From NCBI GenBank assembly GCA_973895155.1, contig OZ316892.1, positions 19,727,869 through 19,791,868 on the forward strand: a stretch of DNA of 64,000 bases, in the 5' to 3' direction. Numbering within the stretch: position 1 is the first letter of the stretch; every line of letters starts with the position of its first letter. This document shows positions 49,101-60,050 of the stretch, one piece after another. This DNA is from Marsupella aquatica. Its lineage: Eukaryota; Plantae; Marchantiophyta. Made by a program: the position numbers and the translations under genes. The notes under the pieces are model-generated. The model was not told the origin of the DNA and searched no databases. It worked only from the letters and a program-made list of their open reading frames with translations.

Positions 49101-51497
49101 CTGGATCCAAAATTGAGGTGCACCCTTCTAGTAGCCCACTGCACTCCCGAGATTTGGAAACAGTTTTTCCATCCTGCAAGTGTCAACGACGAGCCTGTGA
49201 AGCAGTGGTGCCATACATGGCATACTTGGAATTCTGTGGAGGGAATTGCAACTGGAATGCTTCACACTTCTTTCAAACAGATTTCTGACCGGATGCCGGC
49301 TGACCGTCTCACAAAGTCTGGGTGTGAGTCAATGGAGGCCATGCTTAAGATCATTCTAGATGAATTCAGAAACTTTGGGGATCTTGTCAAGGCAAAATTC
49401 TTCAACAACTTGTGGCCTTCCAAATATGCGGACAAGGAAGATTACACAGAGCGGAACCGGAAGAGAGCCAAACGATATCTATACCGGTTTTACATGTGGA
49501 TGGAGCTTAGATCTCCTGACACTCTGTGGGCATACCCGGCTGCATTTCAGAAATGGGTGTCTATCGAAGAGGGAGACGCTCTTGCCGACCTGTATTCGAT
49601 GTACCCAGCGGAGGGAAAGTTTCCACCACGTTCATTGTCGGAGTGGGAGAGACTTTGTTGTCCGTGGTACCTCGACACAGACAAATGGGATTTACCGTTT
49701 GACGAAGCTGAGAAGGATGCCTTCATGAAGTTGCAGAAGTCCCAGATCCCTGCCAACTATGTGTCTGCAATGAAGCAAGGTCTCCAGTCTGATGTTGACG
49801 AATCTGCATCTGAGTTACAGAAGAATTGTGAGTCTCTTGTCATGCACGTTGACCGAAGCCGTAAGCCAAGAGCAAAGGCGAAGAATGAGTCGGCTGCACC
49901 AAGTGACTCCACAAGGTCCTTCAAGAAAAGTGAGTAGTCTAAGCGCTTTTTGGTTACTTGTTGGCGTTGCTTATGCAGGAGTTTCATTTGGAAATTCCTT
50001 TGATTAATAGCGCCTGGCGCTAGTCTGAAAGGTTGGACTCATTCAAGTTTCTGTGCCTAACAGGAGGTCCCGGCTGCCGAAGGGAAGAATGATGCAACTC
50101 CTCAGGCATCGGAGGCAAACACTGGAGCTCAAGAAACCCCGGATCAAGGGACCCCGGATGGTGCTGGCAAATCCATTGTCCCTCTTGACGCAACTAGCAC
50201 GAAGAAAAATAAAAAGAGAGGCGCCGGTGAGGATAGAGCAGCATCATCTACTCGAGACGTTATTTCCTGTGGACTCCAGAGAGATGTCGGGAATTTTAAG
50301 CGAAGGTGTTCTAGACACTGTTTTGTGGAGTCCAATTTAAACGAATTTTACGATTCGGTATTTAACAAGGGGATGAAGCCCATGTGGGTTACTAAAGTTG
50401 AGGCCTGGGGAAAGGAATTGGTAAAGTCAGGAGACAGAGAGAAGGGAGTAATGCATGGCGGAAAAGAGAGGGGCTTTGGTGTGGATGCTGGTTTCATCTA
50501 CATTCCCACTGGATTAAAACCAACACTTCTTGATCGGAAGATTCCCAAGTGGAACCTTCAGGATTACACTATTCCCAGCTCTTTCTTCCGAGCCATGGAG
50601 CCGTTCCTTGCAGACGATGGCCTACTTGCAATTTTACACAGAGGAGACTATGATCAGGTATCTGAAGTGATTGCGGCTTGCCAGGATTCTAAGTGTTTCC
50701 AGTGTATTTCAACCCACCATGTGGTCATGACTACACCAATGTATAGGCCCCGATCTGATACTCAGGTAACAATTCCTCTTGCACATACTAGCGCCCGGCG
50801 CTACTATCAGCATTCGCAATATCTACAATTCACTTATCTTTCGTAAGGATGAATGGTTGACTAGCGCCAAGCGCTAATATATGTGTATGTTTTCGTATAC
50901 TGCCTTCATTGGGAAACTGTGTTGCAGATATTCACACTTACTCTTAATATATTTTGCCGCATTTTGACAAAGGGAAGGGTCCCGAAAGACCCCAAGTTCC
51001 GGCCACTATCGAATGAAGAAGACCCTTCCGTCACTAACATTATTGGGTTTTCGTTGCCGCAACATGACCCGACTCCTGAGCTCCAATTTGCAGGAAATTC
51101 ACGATTGCCTGTGGGTTTCATGCAAACTATTTTGGAATTGGTGACTCTTCCTGGAGATATCGTTATGGACTGGACAGTAGGTTCCGGTAGTACGTTTGTG
51201 GCTGGAGATTATTCTGGTCGCTTTGTTGTTGGGCTGGAAAATCGGCCAGAGTTTGTTGATACTTCCGGTAAGGTCTTCCTTGATCTTTTACAGAACAAAG
51301 AAGTGGTTGCACCAACTCCTCCTAAGAAGATTCCTGGAAGTAAGAAGCAGGACAGGCTCCGTGCTATTCTAAATTTTGATTCGGAAGACGAGAATGAGGG
51401 TGGCAATGCTTCTCAGCAATCTAAAGATGATGAGGTGTCGAAGAATGTGGTGGACCTTGGATCTGGAGATGAGGACAGTGAAGAGTCAGAAGAGTAA
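46185..51497 (+). pseudogene. Spliced ParB/Srx-like plus beta-class N6/N4 DNA methyltransferase fusion gene (MULE cargo)
   Basis: ParB-like IPLCRLLPMEVVR...IEKLKESF...CVFDRNHRLYSW (48020-48470). MTase-like VDAGFIYIPTG...FLADDGLLAILH, then LPVGFMQTILELVTLPGDIVMDWTVGSGSTFVAGDYSGRFVVGLE. Introns at ~46670-47430, ~48470-48594, ~49931-50062 and 50766-50927. Stops at 46605 and 48005. Confidence 0.75.
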
Positions 51498-52271
51498 TTT
51501 TCTTTAGCTTTCTTTCTCTCATTGTATACTTTTTTCCAAAAAACTCCTCTACTCCCTTTTGTCTAGAAAATTCGCCCGATTTCCCGACTTCGACTAAAGA
51601 ACTCCAGTTCAAATTCTCAGGTCAGAGTAGAATCTTTGGAGGCGTTTTCAACTTTGAAGGAACGTCTCTAGGAACGTTGTACAGACCCCGGAGAAGCCAT
51701 TTGTTCTCCCCTCTTATGCTGAAAAGGCGGCACGACGGGCAGATTCAGTCAGGACGCTTACTTGGGAGAGTAAGGGTCTTAGACTCAGGAGAGGCTCAGA
51801 TAGAAAGTTTGTGCAGAATCACTTCATAGATGATATTGCAAAATCCAAGTATGTGGACGACGAAGCAGAGTCCACTGATAGATCAGAAAGTAGCGGTTCT
51901 GAATCGGGCTCAGAGTCGAGTGGTGGTTGTGGATCTGGTCTTTAGTTTTCCTTGTTTTATTTACCCGTTTATGGAGAACGACAACACTCAATAAGAACGT
52001 CGTGACGTGTCGGATTGGAGTAGCGCCCGACGCTATTACTGTAGCCGGTAGTTCAAAGAGGTTTTTATTTGGTTGTTTTCCTTATAGCGCCCGGCACTAG
52101 TATAAATGTACTCAATGGCCGCTTCACATCCAATATATGTGACAATATTTTCATACCCTTTGGTGTCTTTTTTGGGTGCACATTTGCTGGTATGAGTTTT
52201 GCTGTTTGCTGTTTACTGTTTGTTGTTTGTTGTTTGCTATTTGCTGTCACGGAGAGATCCCCCGCCTCAGG

Positions 52272-54576
52272 CATGATTGTATTCAAGGGAAGCAAGATCT
52301 GCAAGGAAGCTTTCTGGAATATTAATGGATTTTCTCTAGGAACATTTTACACAATGTATTCACGATACATGGAGGGGGCAAAAGTTGGTGTTCATGGGAA
52401 TGAAGGGACCATCAAGACCAAAGACTACGTTGTGTTGTTCACAGAATCAATTCAAAGTATCCTGCATAAATGTGCAGAACCAATGCCACATCTTCACAAA
52501 ATTGGTGTTTCAGGCAAGCAGGAAGTTGTTTTCAGGGTTCCAATAAGTTTCGGGAGAAAAGATGTTTTTGAAGAGGCTTGCAAGCTTAACAAAAACCTGG
52601 GTATTCACTCGACCTCTCTCCCAACCTTCTACAAGCTTTTGGATAAATATTTCCCCAATTTCCAATTCCAAGATCGGAGCAACTTTGCAAAATGCGATCT
52701 CTACACGACCATTAAAGAAACACTTCGGGGGGAGAAACGGGTGGATAAGATTTTAGAAATCAAGGCAAAGTGCGAACGGCATATGTTGGAACAACAATCA
52801 CGCAGGAGTATGTACTATGCAGCAAAAATTGCGGCGGACCAAGAGCCCAAAAAATATTTGTCTATGATTCACGATAAAATGGATCAGGCCAAGACCGGAA
52901 TCCCTAAAATGACTTCTACACTCAAGAGCCAAGGAGGCAAATCAATCCCGCTACCAATGACGCTGACGGGGATGTTAACGCATGGATGGGAGCCTGGAAT
53001 TTATGCACATTTTGCCCTTTCTGGTTTGTGGGCAAGCGATCCTGATTTTACAATCTCTTCGCTTGCAAAGTTATTTCGTGATCTCAAATCATTTGTGGGA
53101 GATAAGACCGACGATCTAGCTCTCAACACCTCTGACGTCATAGATCCAATCTTTGTATCCCTCTTGGATCGGCGTGCCTTTGAGGTAGGATACCTCGAAA
53201 CCAAAAAGATCTCTCTCGCTCACTTCGTAGGGCTTGGTGACTCACACGAGAGTCCCGTAGAGCCTTGAACATTGCTACCCTTCAAGGCGCTTCCTCGAAA
53301 CCTCCACCTTCAACTTGATAACTCGGGAAAGGATTACAAGAACCAGACATTTCTGGCTTTCTGTAGCGAGCTTGTTCTAAGAGGAGTGTTTGAGTCAGTA
53401 ACTCTTTCCTTTTTGATGGTGGGGCACACTCATGAGGATGTGGATGCCTTCTTCTCTAGAGTCGGGATAAGGATCTACAATTGAGAGCTTACCACATTTT
53501 TTGGTTTGATGGCGGAGGTTTGGGAGTGCGAGAAGAAACATCCGGTTCCAAGGTTCATCCGCGAAGTTGCATCTTACAAAGCTTATGTAGGACCATTTGT
53601 CAAAAGGATCCAGGGTCAATCAGCACCTGTTCAATTCTTGTTATCAATGAAGGAGAATGTCCCAGTCTACCAATATCGAGAGAAAATTGATACGCCTTGG
53701 CTACCGAAAAAGGGTCAAACAATTTGGTTGTTTGACTTAGAGAGAAACCAATACAAATTTCCAATTGGAAGTCCTTATTCCAAGCGGATGGAGTCTTCTC
53801 ACAAGCGAGCGAATCACATTTTGGAATACTTGATCCATTATATCTCATGGCTGAAGACTGCATGGAAGGATGTTACATCGGAGGGATATCGTCTCCGAAG
53901 TCCAGAGATTCAATACTGGGAAAACATTGTTTTTGTGTTTCAGGACACACTTTGCTCTCCTTCGCTAGCAGGGGTAGATTATCCATTACTTGATGGATTC
54001 TGGCCTCGAACGAACCATGGAACTGGGTATCGTCAGGATGGTCAGAACGTGGATACCAACCCAAGCGAAGACAATGGGGTGATGCATAATCTGGAAAGAG
54101 AGCTTCAAGAAGATGAAGAAGAGAGGCAAACAATCTTTGTCTGACACCCTTCTGAGCGTGAGAGGTCAAGATTTAGTCCTCTAGAAGATATTAAAAAGAA
54201 TACATTTGTTATTATTCGACCCACCGATGAATTTGAAACCAGAATTCTGCAACGATTTTGGCTTGCAAAAGCAATCGATTGTGTCGTAAGAGATCCCGAC
54301 GATTCGCATGTTGGAGAGTTCCAAGTTGAATGGTGGCGCCCTCTTAATCGCAAGAGTTTGGCAACCGAATCAGAAAGATATTGGGACTACTTTAATTCAA
54401 AGCAAACGTGGGAAAGGGATCCCAATTACCTCATTCCCCCAGTCACAAATGATTGGATCCTAGCAACTTCAACCATCACCGGATGGACATCAAAAGCAAA
54501 AGCAAAGGTAAAAGTTCCAGCAAGAGTTTTGGAAAGTGTGAAGGTTTACATTACAGAAACGATTGAAGAGAACTAA
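52272..54576 (+). pseudogene. 3' part of the outer transposase (Sola1/DUF7869-like RNase H-fold DDD core and C-terminal beta domain)
   Basis: ICKEAFWNING...HGNEG...FAKCD...MIHDKMDQAKTGIP...LHLQLDNSGKDYKN...SFLMVGHTHEDVDAFFS. In-frame stops at 53266 and 54142; frameshift near 53480. Confidence 0.75.
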
Positions 54577-54620
54577 AATCCTTTCTCGACGCAAGACTCG
54601 CGTGGAAGACACTTGGTGAT

Positions 54621-55350
54621 GCACGGCACGTCCTAATTATGTCGGGTTCAGGATTGTGGGAGAACAATAGGCGAGGTTTGAGCTGGTGTCACTTTCCGCA
54701 TGAGGCTCGTGTAGGCCGGATTACTTAGCTCGAGGATCATTTTTTGGAAAGTGAAAGGTGTGTACTTGTACTCAATGTCATATTCACTACAATGGCGCGC
54801 ATGTCAACCTTTGGCTCGTGTCCATTGTGGCCACAATGATGGTTTGGTGCCGGATCACAAGATTTGGGTGGGATGAGCTCAATTTCCTCCGTTATTGAGG
54901 TTAAATTGACAGGTGCTTTTTTATCATAATTGTGCTACACGAGGCTCGCGTAGGATGTCATAATCAACTTATGACTTGCAAAACCCGGATCTTATCACAG
55001 ACACCCATATCACACGGCATGTACTAATTGTCGGGTTGAGGACTGTGGGAGAACAATAGGCGAGGTTGGAGTTGGTTGGTTCCATTCACTTTCCGCACGA
55101 GGCTCGTGTAGGCCAAACTACTCAGCTCTAGGATCATTATGACCTTCGGAAAGTGAAAGGTGTGTACTTGTACTGAATGTCACTTTCACTGCAATGATGC
55201 GCATGTCGACCTATGGCTCGGGTCCATTGTGGCCACAATGATGGTGTGGTGTCGGGTCACGGGTTTTAGTATCATAATTGTACCATACGTGGCTGGCGTA
55301 GGATGTCATAATGAACTTATGACTTGCAAATCCCGGATCTCATCACACAT
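54621..55350. repeat. Two-copy tandem duplication (~390 and ~340 bp) near the presumed right end of the outer element
   Basis: CACGGCAYGT.CTAATT..GTCGGGTT...CCCGGATCT.ATCACA starts at ~54621 and ~55012. Each copy holds two palindromes. Confidence 0.8.
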
Positions 55351-57144
55351 ACCTTTATTCGAGAGGCTTGTTTCTCTCCTTCAAGTTATGCTTTGTGATG
55401 AACTTCTGGCTCAGTCTCCAACATCTCTCTGATCAAATCTCCTTCTGATCAAATCTTCCTTTTCCAAATTGAGCGTTTGACAACCATTTTGGATCGTGGT
55501 GATTTTCCTTAACTTTCATAATGGCACCTGGGAGACAATTGAGGAGTTCTTTGGCATTACATACGGAGGAGAGTTCTAGAGCATTACACGCAGAGAATGC
55601 GAATGAGGAGCGGTCCAACTTCTCTGTGTGCCCGGAGCCATCCGATAGTTTCGACTCTAGAGTTGCTGCAAGAACAGAAACCATTCCTCCTCTTGGCAAC
55701 CAAACTGTGGTTAGTCATGACAAGACGAACGACCAGGCACCTGTTGCACATGAGGTGGAGGAGGAACAGAAAGAGCAAGAGAAGAAGCCGACAAAGGCCG
55801 TGGAGGAGGAACAAACGAGGATCCGTCGGGAGGAATGCATGTCGAAAGATGAGGCGTCGTTGGAAGAGGGAGCATTTGGCTAAGTATTACGGACCTTTGA
55901 AGAAGAAACGAAGCTCCGAGAGAAGTCTGAAGGAATGGGCAAGGGAAGAATTTCTAGATAGCGATAATGCGTACTCCGACAAGTGGATGCCATCATCCTA
56001 GAATGATTGAATGAGGCATTCTGGAGTCAGCTCTCGGGAGGTGTTTTGGAGCTGTTTTTTGTGCGGATGCGATCATCGCGTAGGAATTTGTTAGTTGATC
56101 GTGCATTGTGTTTAGGTCACTAGAAGAAAACCTGTGTTTTACTACTACAGGCCCTGCAACTACTTTGCCTAAATAACTCATACGTGGTGCCAACCACTAT
56201 TTTTTTAATGGGTTGTAATAATCTGCATTTTATTACTCTACTTAGAACTATGTTACCTTAATCACTGATTACAACTCTCTTTTTTGCCACTAAAACTTAA
56301 ATCACTTGAATTAGAGTTGTATATTACACAAATTTACAAATCACTACAATCCACCGTTCACTCCACCGTCGATGTTTACAACTCTATTTTCAACTAAGAT
56401 TTTACTACTGACCGAAACCACTACAAATACAAGTACCACCAATATTTGAATGGTAAAGGTGCTTTTTCAATCAACTCCCAATCAAGTGAAGCTTTTCCAA
56501 GTGATCTTAATTACTTGAAATAATGTCATTTGTGAGCACACCTTTTGTTACTGTAAATATCACCAATAGTGGAGTCACAAAAGAATTTTGGCAAAATTAT
56601 TTAAAATATTTTAGTGACAAGGAAATTCTTACAAACAACTTAAGATTGAGTGAATTAATTCTCAATGTACAAAATTTCTTTACATAAAGTCATTATTATC
56701 ACAAATTGTCTGACTACAAATATCACTAATATTAGAGTCCAATAAATATTATTTGATGCAACTTCAAACCAAGTGCCACATCCTCCTTAGTCCAAAATCA
56801 CTCTAAAGAATGTCATTCTCTTCGCACATTTTAGTGACTCCAAATACCACTAAGAGTAGAGTGTCAATGCAGGACCTTGCAAATGACTTGAAATAAAGTA
56901 GATCATTTTCCATTCTTAGAAATCACTATGAGTAATGTCATTCTTTAAATACATTTTGCCACTGCAAATGCCACCAACATTAGAGTGTCAAAACAGTTTT
57001 GATAAATGACTAAAAATTAAACAGATTATTTTGTGATGTCCAAAACCTCTCCCCATGGTGTCATTATCAACACACATTTTCAGTCACTATATGCATGCCG
57101 CCGGAATTATAGCGACAAATAATTTATTTTTTTTACAAATTGTA

Positions 57145-60050
57145 CCCAACCCACTACACAACAGGTGCTTTGAGGGTTTTGGGCACCTGTCACTTGAAAT
57201 ACCACCATGTTTTGACTTAGGAAAGTTATGTGTTTGAACTTCCAATCAAGTGCATTGGTAAATACGAGCCCAAACCACTTAACATAAGGTCCTTTCGGGC
57301 TTTCATCTTCTTGCCACTACAAATTGCACCCATATTTGAGTGATGAGGCACACATTGGTGCGACCACTTGCCATGAAACTAGTGCTAAAAGGAGTGAATT
57401 GTGTGGATGCATCACATAAGCCCCATATTTGTAATTCCGTAGAGTCTTGGAGTGATTTGTGTGGAGTTCATGATGTTGCAACACTTGGGTGCCTCAAATC
57501 TCTCCACCTTGGCAATTTATGCGTCACAACTTCATTTTCGTTGCTATAACTAGTTGGCACACGTGATGGGGGTGTCCCATGGCTTCACCATGGGGGGGCT
57601 AACACGGAGGAATTGTGGTGGAGGCGGGCCCAACCCTCCTCCTTTAATCTTGGCCCTCCGAGAATTGCCGCAAGGTGGATCCACTTCTCATTATCCATTG
57701 TAAGTTTGTTACTCCCCAAATCACTAAAAACCATGTTCTTCAAAGCCCTCATTTCTAGCGCGACTAACACTATCACTCAAGATGGGGCGGTACATAACGC
57801 ATCCCTCTAAACCACTTCTCATGAAGTGGTAGTCCTAGAGTGATTGGGGGGCAAACCACTACAAATGATGTGGTTTTAGGGTTTAGGGCAAATGCAACTT
57901 AAGATACCACCTTTATTTGAGTTGAGAAGTTGGGGGTGAACACTTGCAATGAAGTGTATTTATATGTACACGGCCAATTGACTCGGAAAAAGGTCCTTTC
58001 AGGCCCTCGCCTTTTGGCGACTACAAATTGCACCTGTATTTGAGTGATGCAGCACACTTTAGTGTGACCACTTGCCATGAACTAGTGCTAAAAGGAGTGA
58101 ATTGTGTGGATGCATCACATAAGCCCCATATTTGTAATTCCGTAGAGTCTTGGAGTGATTTGTGTGGAGTTCACGATGTTCCATCACTTGGGTGCCTCAA
58201 ATCTCTCCACCTTGGCAATTTATGCGTCACAACCTCATTGTCGTTGCTATAACTAGTTGGCACACGTGATGGGGGTGTCCCATGGCTTCACCATGGGGGG
58301 GCTAACATGGAGGAATTGTTATGGCGGTGGGCCCAACCCTCCTCCTTTAATCCTGGCCCTTCGAGAATTGCGGCAAGGTGGATCCACTTCTCATTATCCA
58401 TTGTAAGTTTGTCACTCCCCAATCACTAAAAACTATGTTCTTCAAAGCCCGCATTTCTAGCAACTAACAGTGTCACTCAGGTTGGGGTGGTACATCATGT
58501 ATCCCTCAAAACAACTTCTCATGAAGTGGTAGTCTGAGAGTGATTGTTGTTCCCAAACCACTACAAATGAGGTGGTTTTAGTGTTTAGGGGAAATGCGAC
58601 TCAAGATACCACCGTTATTTGAGTTGAGAAGTAAATTGGGTATGAAAACTTGCAATGAAGTGCATTTGTCAGTACTAGCCCAAACCACTTGACATAAGGT
58701 AGTTTTGGGCCCTTGCCTTCTGGCGACTTCAAATTGCACCCGTATTTGAGTCATGCAACACACATTGGTGCCACCACTTGCCATGAACTAGTGCTAAAAG
58801 GAGTGAATTGTGTAGACGCATCACATAAGCTCCATATTTATAATTTTGTAGAGTCTTGGAGTGATTTGTGTGGAGTTCATGATGTTGCATCACTTGTGTA
58901 CCTCAAATCTCTCCACCTTGGCATTTTATGCGTCACAACCTCATTGTCATTGCTATAACTAGTTGGCACACGTGATGGGGGTGTCACATGGCCTCACCAT
59001 TGGGGGGCTAACATGGAGGAATTGTTATGGCATCGGCCGAACCCTCCTCCTTTAATCGCGGCCCTATGACAATTGCCGCGAGGTGGATCCACTTCTCATT
59101 ATCCCTTGTAAGTTTGTCACTCGCCAAATCACTGAAAACTCTGTTCTTCAAAGCCCGCATTTCTAGCGACTAACATTGTTACTCAGGTTGGGGTGGTACA
59201 TCATCCATTCTCAAAACAACTTCTCATGAAGTGGTAGTTTGAGGGTGATTGTTGTTCCCAAACCACTACAAATGAGGTGGTTTTAGGGTTTAGGGGAAAT
59301 GCGACTCAAGATACCACCGTTATTTGAGTTGAGAAGTAAATTGGGTATGAACACTTGCAATGAAGTGCATTTGTAAGTACCAGCCCAAACCACTTGACAT
59401 AAGGTAGTTTCGGCCCCTCGCCTTCTGGCAACTTCAAATTGCACCCGTATTTGAGTCATGCAACACACATTGGTGCCACCACTTGCCATGAACTAGTGCT
59501 AAAAGGAGTGAATTGTGTGGATGCATCACATAAGCCCCATATTTGTAATTCCGTAGAATCTTGGAGTGATTTGTGTGGAGTTCACGATGTTGCATCACTT
59601 GGGTGCCTCAAATCTCTCCACCTTGGCAATTTATGCGTCACGACCTCATTGTCGTTGCTATAACTGGTTGGCGCACATGATGGGGGTGTCCCACGGCTTC
59701 ACCATGGGGGGGCTAACACGGAGGAATTGTTATGGTGGCGGGCCCAACCCTCCTCCTTTAATGATGGCCCTCCGAGACTTGCCTAAAGCTAGATGGCCTA
59801 CATATTCTCTTTGTAAGGTTGTCACCCCCAAACCATTCAAAATAATGTGCTTCACAGCCCTCATTTTTTGTGACTAAAACTTTCACTCAAACTTATGTGG
59901 TACATGACACAGTCCTCCAAAGAACTTCTGATATAGTGGTAGTCGTAGGGTGGCCATAATTCCCAAACCACTGCAAAAGAGGTAGTTTGAGGGTGTAGGG
60001 AAATTCCACTTAGAATATCACCGTTATTTTAGTGGAGAAGTAAGTGGAAT
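57145..60050. repeat. ~705-bp tandem array (about 4 copies)
   Basis: TTGCCATGAACTAGTGCTAAAAGGAGTGAATTGTGT at ~57369, 58072, 58778 and 59483. Confidence 0.9.

Larger units (their letters stand above)
41161..52262. mobile_element. Mutator-like (MULE) DNA transposon, 11.1 kb, with ParB-methyltransferase cargo
   Basis: 9-bp TSD CGCCTCAGG (41152-41160 and 52263-52271). Imperfect TIRs: GGGTATAACCACCGTGCTAGCAAATAGTAAA vs reverse complement GGGGATCTCTCCGTGACAGCAAATAGCAAA. Removing it restores the host reading frame. Confidence 0.92.
30600..55350. mobile_element. Large decayed DNA transposon (Sola/DUF7869-like transposase plus cargo gene), interrupted by a Mutator-like element; ends approximate
   Basis: Transposase split at 41160/52272, divergent cargo gene at 38568-30867, and one shared palindrome from ~32006 to ~55300. 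No TIR or TSD identified. Confidence 0.6.

Noticed and set aside
46185-51497. Bacterial contamination or prophage as the source of the ParB/MTase genes
   Set aside because: The genes have GT-AG introns, sit inside a TSD-flanked eukaryotic transposon and are contiguous with plant genes.
52069-52262. Hydrophobic N-terminus of ORF 52069-53268 as a membrane anchor
   Set aside because: It is translated MULE right-end repeat sequence. The real upstream coding sequence ends at 41160.
55521-56001. Acidic/coiled-coil ORF as a gene or gag start
   Set aside because: It is short and frameshifted, with no diagnostic motif and no LTR or PBS nearby.
57340-59877. Repeated 60-100-aa ORFs as a tandem small-protein family
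   Set aside because: They come from the 705-bp repeat, have inconsistent starts and frames between units, and show no domain signal.
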